A stretch of 63,902 nt of DNA, counting the filler, from Octopus bimaculoides (Eukaryota): assembly GCF_001194135.2 (NCBI RefSeq). It is 6 parts of 6 records of this genome, joined end to end, with 100 filler letters (N's around TTAATTAATTAA, not from the genome) between each part and the next. Parts side by side here need not be neighbours in the genome. Positions count along the whole stretch, not along the records: positions 1 to 5,941 come from NW_026352149.1; positions 6,042 to 25,012 come from NC_068986.1; 4 more parts are not named here. One strand, given 5' to 3'. The position numbers were made by a program, and so were the translations under genes. This document shows, in pieces, positions 1 through 11,729 of this stretch; the first letter of the stretch is position 1, and the number at the start of each line of letters is the position of its first letter. The notes below the pieces were generated by a model that had not been told where the DNA came from, searched no databases, and was given only the letters and a program-made list of their open reading frames with translations.

Positions 1-60
1 GGCGGTGCTCCAGCATGGCTGCAGTCAAATGACTGAAACAAGTAAGTAAGTAAGTAAGTA
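1..60 (+). mobile_element. 3' end of a SINE unit ('unit A': ...CCAGCATGGCYGCAGTCAAATGACTGAAACAAG) with (TAAG)n tail
   Basis: Same terminal sequence recurs in the window (reverse at ~23264-23300, 28925-28995, 31245, 47725; forward at ~31690, 49430). Confidence 0.75.
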
Positions 61-1624
61 AATATGTGTGCGTCTGTGCATATACGCACGCACATATATG
101 AATTTATATGTATGTATGTATTTATATACATATATATACATACATACATATATATATATATATACATATATCTATATAAATGAATATATGCGCGTGCGTA
201 TATACATGTGTGCGCGCGTGCGTGTGTATGCGTGTGCTTGTGTATGCGTGTGCGTGTGTATGCGTGTGCGTTTGTGTGTGCACGCGTGCATGTGCATGTA
301 TAAGGACGGGATGCGGAATTTTTTTCCCACTGGAGTTCCGGACAACTGTAATGAACTCTTTTGCATACAGCCAATCAGAGCTCACCTTGACCTTGTTGTC
401 AAGTTAACAAAGGTTCGCATTCAAAATGGCAACCTCCGATTGCCATGAGAATCTTGTATTGTGCTCTGGCATGGTCACAGATGAGATAGCGTCAGCCATG
501 AATTTTCTCGGTTGGGGTTACCTGACACATAGTAACAGGAGCAGATATACGCGTAAATACATTATGTCTAGATTTTAAAAAAAAATAACATAAAAAACAG
601 GTCACTTTTGGTATACATCAGGATTGATCTCGTCTTTAAACAACACAAACTTGTATTACTTCACAATGTACACACAAAATATTCTTAACACACACACACA
701 CACAGACATGGACATGGAAGTGTGTGAGAAAAAAGGACTTACTTTGACTGAGGTTAGGAGCCGCCCCGAAGCTTCAGGTGGTTGTATTATGGATTGATGT
801 CGGGACTGTTCAGTTCTGTAACAAATTGTCTCTGCTTGCCCTACTGTCTTCTGCTGCCAATGCCTTCCTCTGTTAACCACTTGTTGCAGAGTCTACAGAT
901 ATCAGGATAATTCAGAAATGCCAGTACTGCCCACTGCTCTCAGTCCTAAGTCCTCTTATCAGCATTACTTGCAGACTGAAGTTTTTCCATAAATGATCAA
1001 AACTCACAGACTGTCTACTGCTGTCAGTACCATCCAACCAGATCAACCTTGTTTACTAGTATGCCAGTATTTCTCTTCTGAAGTGAAAATATATCAAGCT
1101 TTTAATACATTTTCTTTAACTGCTAAGAAGGAAAAAAATCTGAATAAAGACATGAGCCACACTAAACATACAGAAAATACGCCTGAGTAGTTATTGAAGT
1201 TGTCTCGATATTAGTAAAGCTGTTGTGGTGGTGTTTGTAGTGGTCATGTTTCGGTATTAATACCTGGTAATGGGATGTTGAGACATTCTGTAGATAAAGC
1301 GATTTTAAAACTAAACATTGAACGTCGGAGTATTGAAAACTATCTTTATAGAAAAAAGCATTCAAGTTTATCAACGTTAATGAAGCAACAAGATCAGGTT
1401 CGTATTTCTGACTCGGTAGGCAATCAATTTTAACCGTTGATAATTGGCAATGTCAAATGATTTATTTCTTCATTTTATGACAAACACACGACTCCTATCG
1501 CTCTTCATTTACCTTAATTACTGATATTCAATCACCGACACAAAAAGTTTTCACCAACTTCTCACATGTTTTTACATACCCCATCCAAATAATCGGTGCT
1601 TCTAACTTATATACGAAGATAACG

Positions 1625-1670
<46 letters not shown>

Positions 1671-2520
1671 NNNNNNNNNNNNNNNNNNNNNNNNNNNNNN
1701 NNNNNNNNNNNNNNNNNNNNNNNNNNNNNNNNNNNNNNNNNNNNNNNNNNNNNNNNNNNNNNNNNNNNNNNNNNNNNNNNNNNNNNNNNNNNNNNNNNNN
1801 NNNNNNNNNNNNNNNNNNNNNNNNNNNNNNNNNNNNNNNNNNNNNNNNNNNNNNNNNNNNNNNNNNNNNNNNNNNNNNNNNNNNNNNNNNNNNNNNNNNN
1901 NNNNNNNNNNNNNNNNNNNNNNNNNNNNNNNNNNNNNNNNNNNNNNNNNNNNNNNNNNGTGTTGAAGCATATTCTGTTGTGTCTGGGGAGAGTCATTTTC
2001 TTATTGTGCCTTAAAATTTAACACACTCACCGGTAAAATTTCCACTTATTTCTTATTTTTATTTTCCTAAAATTTTCGTTGCGTCTTACAACCTTTTCAA
2101 GAGTCTTGACTCTGTCCGTTATTCACACTGCGTTCTGTTTTTGCGCATGTGTGTGTGTATGTATGCATGCATATATGTGTGTATGTATGTCTGTGTGTGT
2201 GTGCATATGCATATATGTATGTATGTGTGTGTATGTATGTATGTATGTATGTGTGTGTGTTTGCATGTATGTATGCATGTATTCTGCATATTCCTGTTTG
2301 TGTGATTTTTATGTATGTGTGTGCATGTGTGTATATGTATATATATTTGGGTGGGGGAGTGGTTGGATCGTGAAAAGTATATTTTGTTTTAGTTGAGCTA
2401 ATTTTTTTTTCATGTCACCTATCACTTAACGCATGCGCATAAGTGCAATCCCGTGAAATATTCACGCTTATTTACGTGGCAGATATATGCAATTTAACTA
2501 AAGGTTGTATCATATGTGAA

Positions 2521-2810
2521 GGCGCATGGCTTACTGGTTAAGGCATTCGGATCACAATCGTAAGATCATGTGTTTAATTCTCGGCGGTGTGTTGTGTGCT
2601 TAAGCAAGGCACTTTATTTCACGTTGCTCCGGTCCACTCAGCTGGCAAAAATGAGTAGTACCTGTATTTCAAAGAGCCAACCTTGTCACATTCTGCGTCA
2701 CGCTGAATCTCCCTGAGGACTCAGTCACTTGCACGTTAATTTCACGAGCAAGCTGTTCCGTTGATAGTATCAGCTAGGACCCTCATCATCGTAACCGATG
2801 GAGTGCTCTC
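2521..2810 (+). mobile_element. tRNA-derived SINE (family B), near full length
   Basis: A-box-like TGGCTTACTGGTTAAGG, decayed B-box, then body TTGCTCCGGTCCACTCAGCTGGCAAAAATGAGT shared with reverse copies at 36.8-36.97 kb and 37.85-37.98 kb. Confidence 0.75.
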
Positions 2811-3130
2811 TGTCGGAAGAGAACCAAATCATTAAAGACGAACCAAATGCTGCTAAGCATCTTGCCCGGCGTGCTAACGATTCTGCCAGCTCAANNNNNN
2901 NNNNNNNNNNNNNNNNNNNNNNNNNNNNNNNNNNNNNNNNNNNNNNNNNNNNNNNNNNNNNNNNNNNNNNNNNNNNNNNNNNNNNNNNNNNNNNNNNNNN
3001 NNNNNNNNNNNNNNNNNNNNNNNNNNNNNNNNNNNNNNNNNNNNNNNNNNNNNNNNNNNNNNNNNNNNNNNNNNNNNNNNNNNNNNNNNNNNNNNNNNNN
3101 NNNNNNNNNNNNNNNNNNNNNNNNNNNNNN

Positions 3131-3400
3131 AAGATAGTGCTCATGGGAACTGCCCATATCCTACGTAAAATACTGTCTATGTGATCTCAAATTTTAAAAC
3201 ACACATAATTTTCTTATGGTTTCTTAAACATTCCCTAGAACAACATTATGTACAAATCCAAATATATGGTACCCTAGGCATAACACCTACATGAACTTCT
3301 AACTTGTTGTCTCTTGAGGTCTCTGGGTGAGACCTGGATCCAACTTGTACAAATGCAAAGCAAAAGTCAAACATAAAACAATAATAATAATAATAACTAG
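3131..3400 (+). mobile_element. 3' end of R4/Dong-type (RLE) non-LTR retrotransposon
   Basis: Translates KIVLMGTAHILRKILSM*, the typical RLE-clade C-terminus, followed by a 3' UTR ending in (AAT)n. Confidence 0.75.
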
Positions 3401-3779
3401 CTGGACCCGTGAAAAAATCACGAAAAAAAAAAAGAAATGTAAGCATTTATAAATTGTGTGCAGGTGCCATGAGAAATGTTTCGATATTGTGACAGTTACA
3501 GAATATAGAAAGAAGTGTAAAACCGGTGACCGGTAATGAAGTCACAGGAATAAAAAAAGCCACGGTAATAAACTCACAATTTTGGCTAGGAAAAAAAATG
3601 TCACAAGAAAAAGTCACAATTAATTTATGGGATCTTAAAAATTAAGGAGTTAAGCACCTGCCAATATATACAAACGGCACAATTACAAAAATTGTAAAAA
3701 AAAGAAAAAAACTAACACAATACCCACAAAACATAAACAAAACAGAAAAAAACTGTTTCCAGGACATTAACGAAGCTAA

Positions 3780-4622
3780 CTGATGCAAAAAAGAGAAGTC
3801 ATCGTACCTAACGACTATGAAGAAAAAGAAGAAACAACAAAAACTGTAAAACAAATGAAATCCCAACTAAAACTGGAACAGCACCGGATTATGATAATAC
3901 GATGGTAAGAAAAGTCCCTTTCGGGCAAATACTGAGTTAAACTATACGCAAAAGAAATAGAAAAAGCAAAATCCTGACAATGGCTGAGAAGCTCAAGACC
4001 CAAAGCAGAGACTGAAGGGCTTTTAATGGCAACACAATACCAAAACATCCCCACTAGAATTACCCAAAACATGTAATTACCCAAAACAACAGAATATGTG
4101 GAGATGAACAAGAAACAATAAACCATATAGTCTCTGGCTGCCCAGTCCTGGCTAAGAAGGAATATATTCACAGACACGACAGATTTGGGACCTATATATA
4201 CTGGAAGCTGTGCCAACACTATGGAATAACAACAGAAAATAGATGGTATAGTCACACGCCAGAAAAGGTCACAGAAAACGAGGAAGCAACCAAAATATGG
4301 ACTATGCCAATGCACACAGATAGAAATATTAAGACCAATAGGCCGGATATAATTGTCAGAGATCATCAAGAAAGAAAATGATTTCTAATCGATGTATCAA
4401 TACCAACAGATGACAGCGTTTCTCTAAAAGAAATGGAGAAACTTTCAAAATACAAAGACCTGGAAATAGAGGTAACTCAAATGTGAAGTTTAAAAACAGA
4501 AACAATTCCTAGATACGATAAAAAAAATATTCGGACAAATACATAACAAAAACATCAGGACTAGCAAGTACATATAACATACAGAAAATACTAGGCACTA
4601 CTTGGCACTGCACACATCCTAC
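3780..4622 (+). pseudogene. R4/Dong-type non-LTR retrotransposon, CCHC knuckle and restriction-like endonuclease, disrupted
   Basis: Frame reads RICGDEQETINHIVSGCPVLAKKEYIHRHDR...NRPDIIVRDHQERK*FLIDVSIPTDDSVSLKEMEKLSKYKDLEIEV (zinc-knuckle remnant, RHD, PD..D..K motifs); stops and frameshifts present. Confidence 0.9.
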
Positions 4623-4741
4623 TGCGCTCGGTAGTGCAGTGAAAGTACGTGATCAAAATTAGACTACTGAATAATAATAATAATAATAGTAATAATAGTA
4701 ATAATAATAATAATAATAATAATGATAATAATGATAATAAT

Positions 4742-4818
4742 AAATGGTACAAGCACCATCCTGAGGTAGTAACTGAGGGAGAAAATGTAATGATTCTTTG
4801 GGACTTTCCAGTATGTAC
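4742..4818 (+). mobile_element. Short 5'-truncated R4/Dong-type fragment
   Basis: KWYKHHPEVVTEGENVMILWDFPV, homologous to the WYSHTPEKVTENEEATKIWTMP segment upstream; starts directly after an (AAT)n tract. Confidence 0.7.
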
Positions 4819-5214
4819 NNNNNNNNNNGAGATTTGACCGTTATTTCTAGTAATTCGAGTGACCACGTATAAAGTCTTCCCACGATATATTTGAATTCCT
4901 TTTGTTGTTGATGTTGTTATTGTTACTTCCAGGTACTCGTCCATTAGCAGATTCCATGGCCATATTCATCCACCTGAGGCAGTAGAACTAACCCAGCACA
5001 TGATATCCATTGATACTATTGATGTTGTTAACGTCCATCCAATCCAGCTGACCACCACTAGTGATCTGCATTGGTCAAGTATTACCTGTTAATAAAGAAT
5101 CCATACAGATATTCTATCCAGCATCAGTCTTTGAAGTTGTGATTCTCTTTCTCTCTTTCTGAGAGATGTTGTTGTTGTTCCAGTTCACGACTGTCCAGAC
5201 CATATATAAAAGAG

Positions 5215-5257
<43 letters not shown>

Positions 5258-5941
5258 CGCACGCGTTTGTACTTGTATGCGCGCGCGTGCGTTGTGCGTG
5301 TGTGTAGATATCTGAGGTTTTGTCTCTGTGTTGTGGCGGAAAGCTGTCAGCAAATCATAGAGATCAGAACAATGATACTAATTGCACAAAGGAAAATGAA
5401 AAAAATATCCTCCGTTTCGCCGAAACATTCTTTAGGTTGGTCGCACTAGCTTCGTCAGTGGCGTGTTAAAGGGTGGAACTCTTTTGATTTCGTGACCGAC
5501 GTTTCACTTTGATCTCTCCAGTTTTCATTCTTGTGTTACAGAGCAAACATGGCCGCTCTTCTGGAAGTGTGCACCAAAGTAAAATAGAGATCAGTGAAAC
5601 TGCTTCTTTAACCTGAATGTGTATCAGAGGCTGAAATTTTTCGCAGGCTTTCAATACAATACAGGAACAGCGCTCTACTGCGCAGAAGTATTTACGAGAA
5701 GAACGAGAAGTTTTAAATGGCCGGACAAGCGTGAAACACGAAGAGTAATCAGGAGACACCCATTAACCTTCACCAGTGACGTGGAGATTCAACAATCTGG
5801 AGAAATGCTTCTGGCAAACCAACGATTGCCCGTCGATGAGATGGCTTGTTCTCTGCAAATTATTATGGTTCTGCAAACGAAATCATCCGCGACAAGCTTC
5901 GGTTCGGCGGAGTTAGTACGAGAAGGGCGCCAAGAGAGCTT

Positions 5942-6041
5942 NNNNNNNNNNNNNNNNNNNNNNNNNNNNNNNNNNNNNNNNNNNNTTAATTAATTAANNN
6001 NNNNNNNNNNNNNNNNNNNNNNNNNNNNNNNNNNNNNNNNN
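5942..6041. other. Artificial scaffold join: 44N + TTAATTAATTAA + 44N (also 25013-25112, 29713-29812, 35686-35785, 53366-53465)
   Basis: Identical 12-mer (stop codons in all six frames) centred in five gaps of exactly 100 bp. Confidence 0.95.
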
Positions 6042-6377
6042 AACCATGTGGTTGGTAAGCAAGCTACTTACCATGATGGCCTTCTTTCAGTTTCTGTCTA
6101 CTAAATCCACACACGAGGCTTTAGTTGGCCCGAGGCTATAGTAGAAGACACTTGCCTATGGTACTATGCAGTGGGACTGAACATGGAACCATGTGGTTGG
6201 TAAGCAAGCTACTTACCATGATGGCCTTCTTTCAGTTTCTGTCTACTAAATCCACACACGAGGCTTTAGTTGGCCCGAGGCTATTATGGCAGAAGACACC
6301 TAAATTGTCATGCAAGGGGACTGAACTTGGAACCATCTGGTTGGGAAACAAACTTCTTATCACACAACCACACCTGT
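6042..6377 (-). mobile_element. Head-to-tail tandem of CORE-like tRNA SINE copies (~145-bp period)
   Basis: About 97 bp from 6042 is repeated from 6187; the reverse strand shows a tRNA-like head (GTGGTAAG..., GGTTCAGTCCC) and a GGCAAGTGTCTTCTACTATAGCC core. Confidence 0.8.
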
Positions 6378-7149
6378 AAATAATTTCACTGATGATTGTG
6401 ATTTAGTACCTGTCACTGTTGCTACGCTGTTCCTGAACTTGGTTTTTCTATTTGTCTATGACCATCAATTTTTCATCTACTTTTGTTTAACACTAGTTAC
6501 GGGGATGTCGACTACTATAAGTTCCTAAATGCAAATAGGTGGACCAAAAAATTTTTTAAATCAGAAAAAATGTCAAACCTCAAGGACATCACAAACAACA
6601 ATTCATCTTCATTGCAATCCAAAATGATTTGAACCATTATATTCTGCAGACATTTTTATCAACAAAAATGAAAATAGAATTGCAAGCTCAAATATTGTTA
6701 GATGATTGATTGAAGGTTTGAGGATTCAATGAAATACACAATTTCTTTTCAAACCAATCATTTTTCTGAAGTGCTTTATGATGTTTCTTTGTTTCCAAGG
6801 CCCCAGGAAAGTGAAACATAATTTTGAAGAAAAGTGATTTAATAGAGATGAAATCCTTCATCTGTAATCCTTGATTTGCTGTTAATTGCTTGAACTCTTT
6901 TCTATAAAAATTTGATCTGCTTTGGCTGCAAGACTCTTTATATGCCCCAGATATAAGAATAACAGAAGTATGTGTGAACAATCTGGCTTAGTATGCCTGC
7001 AACTAGATTAAATGAAATGGGTTTACATGGCTGTTGTCAGTTCCTGTTTCATTTTGAGACTATTTTCTCTTTGCTTTTATTCAGATTATATTTTTACACT
7101 GAATACCACTGTATACCAGCTGTTTCCCAAAAATTTCCAAAGATAGAAA

Positions 7150-9400
7150 TGAAAAAATGTTACTGTATTGCCAAATTTTTCTTTGTTTTGGAAAAAGAAA
7201 AACTTAGAAGCTAATGAAGAATCAGTAACAGATGTCACTTTTGGGAAAGTAGCTGCATTCCCAAGTGCATCTGCAAAAAATGGGATTAGAGATGAAGAAT
7301 CACTATGGATAGCAAATTGCAGCTTGGTATTTCAACAAAGCCAGGTAGATTTTTCCAGAGCAGAGTATGCATCAATGTTCTTTTAGAACCCAGAATCTTG
7401 ACCCCATTATAAAAAATGAGAAGGCAAACTGGGTGGGCAAAACTTCGATGTATTATATTATTTGTGATAATGGTAAGCAGCATTTGAAAAGGTGGATCCT
7501 GTACAGCTCATCAAAGAATGCAGTTTATTGCTTTTACTGTACTTTGATGTCAAGTCGCTATTGCAGGTTTTCCAACAAGGATGGCTTTAATGATTGGACA
7601 AATAGTAGAGAAGAAAATGAAAACACATGAACAAAGCCAAAGCCACAGAGATTTTGTGTTGTAGTTCAATATTTTATGTAAGAGATGTTCTCATGTTAGT
7701 AGAGAGTTGGAAAAACAAGTGCAGGAAAACAAGAAATAGTGGAATGAAATATTGTGTTGTAGCTGTAACAATATTTCTAGCTGAGAGAGGCCTGGCATTT
7801 AAGGGTAATGGATCTAAGTATGATGAAAATTTGGGTGAATTACGGACCTTATTACACAATTTGATTCATTTCCAATGAAGCACTAGAATGCATTTGACAA
7901 TCTCAAAAGTGGTAAGCAGTCATACAGTTCTGTTGAATGCAAAATATATGACTCATATTGTAACAGAACTTAAAGCTGCCAAGTATTTGTCAGCTTCTGT
8001 AGATTTAAATCTAAACTGTGCTCATGTTGATCAGCTAACATTATAGTATTTCTTGTGCATTATACTATTCCTGGGAAGCCAATAGAAAGGTTTTTAACTT
8101 TCCTGCCAACTGGTTCTTATAAAGTGGAAATACTGTCCACATCTGAGTTAGAATCTCTTTAAAAGTAGAATATAAATTTTGAAGACTGCAGGGATAACTC
8201 TATGGCAGTGCCAGTAATATATCTGATCACTACACAGAAATGCAAACCAGGTTTAAGGAAATGAACTTGGCTACAATTTTCATTCTGTGCACCTCATTTG
8301 TTGAATCTTGCTTGCTGGACACACTACTGGTCCTTACTGTGTTGAACCTGTTAGCTATTTTGGTTCCATACAAAATATATATACATGTTTTGTGTGTGGA
8401 CACACAGATGGGCAAATTTATTGAATTTTTGGGGAAGGAAATAAAGAAAACTAACCTTAAAGTCCTTTTCAGAAACTCATTGGTCAGGAAGAGCATATAC
8501 TACTGAAACCCTTGTTGATAGATATAACTTAATTCAAAATGCATTCAGAGATATTGAAGACAATTTAGAACAAACACCTGAAGCAAGATATGAAGCTCAG
8601 ACACAGGCAGACAAATTGGACTGTCATGAAACTGCTTTAATGGCTAAGATCTAAAAATTAATTCATGTACAGTTTAACAGTAAAATTAAAGTTTTTCAAA
8701 GAGTTGAAATTGATCTGAATAAAGTGGTGAATCTAATAGATTCCTTGGAAAACTTTCTGAAATCACAAAGATAAGTATGAAGAGTTGGAACTGGATAAGG
8801 GAAACATGTGTAGAAATGCAGACTTTAAATCCATGATACATAGACGAAGGAAGAGAATCAAACATGATGCAAATCTAGCATCAACCTCAGAGGAAGTTGC
8901 ACTTTCTGCAAGAGAAAAATTCAGATGTGGGACTTTCAGTACCATTTTAGATCAGTTGTTTGTCACCTTACAAAAACACAGGACAGCCTATCAATCAGTG
9001 CATGTTCAAAGTTATACTGAACTTATGTAGTTAAGTTGATGCAGAGATAAGAAGAGAAATTGAGAAGCTTGTCTCCAATTTTTCCAGTGATTTTATCAAT
9101 GTGTTCATAGAAGAAAATGTGCAGTATGCAGCCTTTTGTAAGCTCAGGTCACTTTTCACACTATGTCAACAGGCACTTTTAATCCATAACAAAGCGCTTG
9201 TTGAAACCTTTCCAATTGTTGATGTAGCTCTTAGAATATATTTGAACTTCATGCCCACCAGTTATTCAGGAGAGAGAAATTCAGTAAATTGGGACTTGTA
9301 AAGAATTACCTGAGAAACACAATGATGTATGAAAGCTTAATTGTAGAAAGCACTGTTTAAATATGATACAGGTTGAGGAAATCATTAAAGATTTTTCAGA
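7150..9400 (+). pseudogene. hAT-superfamily transposase (ZMYM1/TTF-zinc-finger type), decayed
   Basis: KRWILYSSSKNAVYCFYC (TTF finger), IFLAERGLAFKG (DUF4371-like), KYLSASVD, CRG*LYGSASNISDHYTEMQTRFKEMN, and ETFPIVDVALRIYLNFMPTSYSGER (hAT dimerisation domain); many stops and frameshifts. Confidence 0.9.
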
Positions 9401-9634
9401 CACCATATGTAGAAAGTCTTTTTGTATCTATTGTAGTTGTAGTATATTGTGTTATATTGGTATAATTTATTATATTTAATTCAGATGACAAAATTTTATA
9501 TTGACAGATGCATTTAAACTTTTTATGTGCTAACTAGTCAATTTCAATTACATGCAATAGGCAAATTTGGAGATGTAAATCTGATGATTTTTCATGGATT
9601 TTAATTTCTGTATACAAGGGGTCCATCATACTTA

Positions 9635-9672
9635 AAAGTGCCCTGGGACCTCAAGCTTTAAATCTGGCCCTC
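9635..9672 (+). mobile_element. Probable right terminus of the hAT element
   Basis: TAAATCTGGCCCT is the reverse complement of AGGGCCAGATTTA, resembling CAGGGCCGG-type hAT termini; no matching left terminus found. Confidence 0.5.
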
Positions 9673-9799
9673 CTTACGTTGGAACATTCAATCTATGCCA
9701 GCATGGAAACTGGGCTCAAAATAGCATGATGATGCTGCTGCTGATGATGATGATGTTGATGATGATGATGGTGATGGTGATTTTAATAATAATAATGAT

Positions 9800-9835
<36 letters not shown>

Positions 9836-10091
9836 CAAAATAAGCAACAGGATATCTAGATATATATATATAGTTCAAATTTACAGAAATCAAAAGATGA
9901 AGACAGGTGTGTTAGTTTGATGGTTGGAAAGAATGGAAAAGTCTTTGAGGTTTCAAGCCTATGCTCTTCAACAGAAAGGATTGAGATGTAAAAAAGGAGA
10001 GAGAACAAAAAAAACAATGTGTAGAGATTAACAGTTTAACATGACGTGTGTGTGTGTATAATCAAAATAAGCAACAGGATATCAAGAGGTG

Positions 10092-10179
10092 ATGCAGTAT
10101 GACCATTTCAAGCAGCTCCATTTAATTGAACAATGCAATCATTACATCAATTTAAATGCAGGGCAATCCTCAGCTGCAT
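10092..10179 (-). ncRNA. Type-I hammerhead ribozyme-like motif with long stem II
   Basis: Minus strand: ATGCAG-CTGAGGA-(long hairpin)-GAAAT-GGTC-ATA-CTGCAT; 6-bp stem I, intact CUGANGA and GAAA, AUA triplet; base of stem II non-canonical. Confidence 0.55.
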
Positions 10180-10384
10180 AAATAAATAAATAGAATTGTT
10201 TAATCAGTTGGACACATTAATGTAATTTTACTCAAATGCTCTAATAGAACAAGAATAGGGGAAAATCCATGTTCCCACTAATGTAGCTAAGAATATACTA
10301 CACTTCTAAGAGCTGTATGAAGTTTGTTGGTAACTTTATATATATAGGATGTTCAATAAATATGAAAAATGTATTAATAATCAT

Positions 10385-10662
10385 TTTCCATCTTTTAGGC
10401 TCAAACATAAGGCCAATTGTATGTCCTTATCTAGCAAGAGTTGAGAACTGAAGGAAAGTGGAATCGAATTTAGCCTTAAATGGGATATTATAGGAAAGCA
10501 CAGCCTTATAGAGATAGTCAATACAGGTGCAAGCTGTGCTTTATGGAAAGTTATGAGATTTTTAAGTATAGGGACAAGAGCAACCTGATTAATAATAGAT
10601 TAGACCTAAGGGTATCATGCATACATAGAGTCACCCATACATTTAAATATTTTCGAAATTAG
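10385..10662 (+). mobile_element. Penelope-like element, C-terminal GIY-YIG region
   Basis: SFRLKHKANCMSLSS..LKESGIEFSLKWDIIGKAQPYRDSQYRCKLCFMESYEIFKYRDKSNLINNRLDLRVSCIHR matches the PLE C-terminal C-x2-C ... LN.R...C.H pattern. Confidence 0.8.
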
Positions 10663-11729
10663 CATTTAAAGATGCTATACTTGAACCTAAATAGGAGAAA
10701 TTAATTTTTAGTGTCATATCTGATGTGAACTTACCCCCTAGTATTATATATAATAAAATCATGGGATATTGAGCTATATGACGAATTAAAGTGCATTGCA
10801 TATATTATAAGCTATATGGTATAGTATATGGTATGCTACACGTAGTTATCATTCTATGAATAATCCTGCCTAGTTAGTCTGACTTCATCATGTTTTTGGT
10901 GATTGAATTATTTGTTCCTTTCTATGATGTTCTACCCTACTAATCATATTATGTATTTTGTAATGACTTTTATGTAAGTAAGCCTCCTAATTATATACCC
11001 CTGTGAAACTATAAAATCATGTATGTAATAACAAAGGTAGCTTTATAACTTATAAAATACCCTTCGGTTTGAATACCTCCTACTGCTCTCACTACTACCA
11101 TACCTATTGCTTCTTCTGTGAGGTTACCTTTATCTCTCCCCTACCTCAAATTTTAATACTCTGTCTCTTTAAAATATAAGTTATATATATTTTCTTACTA
11201 TTCTCTATAATTTCTTATTATTTTGTTTTCTTATTTTGATACCTTTACCTATTAACCTCTTATCCCCTATAAGTTGTTAATATTTTTAAATAGAGTTATA
11301 AACTTTCTAGTTACTTAAGTCTATGAGAGTTGATTATAACATACTCATAATAAAGTACAAATATTTGCGTATATTTGCATGTGGGCGCATAGTTGAATAT
11401 GTGTATGTATCTGTGCACAACTTATTTTTTTCTGATTCCTAGCTTATAATTAATATATAGATAGTGTGATTTATCGCCCCAGTATTCCATTAGTAAATAC
11501 CCAGAGCAATCTTTATAGAAACCACCTAATAAGTAAATAATTAAGTACATGAATGAATATTAAACTAATTCTATGTAATCTTCCCTTTCTAATGTTGAAA
11601 ATTGATATATATACACATTTTATCTATTCTTGTTATAATATCATTTTTGATAATCTTAAATTTTATCTTTATACCTGATATGTTGCATTTTGTTAGTACC
11701 TCACTGTTATAAATATAGTCACTTGGTTT

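Noticed and set aside
3815-4369. 184-aa hydrophobic minus-strand ORF
   Set aside because: Antisense shadow of the A-rich R4/Dong coding strand.
5410-5465. CTGACGA...GCGAAAC on the minus strand as a hammerhead
   Set aside because: No GUH triplet, no stem I, and only a 2-bp stem II.
5986-5997. TTAATTAATTAA repeated five times as a possible conserved element or CRISPR-like repeat
   Set aside because: Always centred in exactly 100-bp gaps; it is an assembly linker.
6688-6981. 97-aa minus-strand ORF
   Set aside because: No recognisable domain or splice boundaries; AT-rich.
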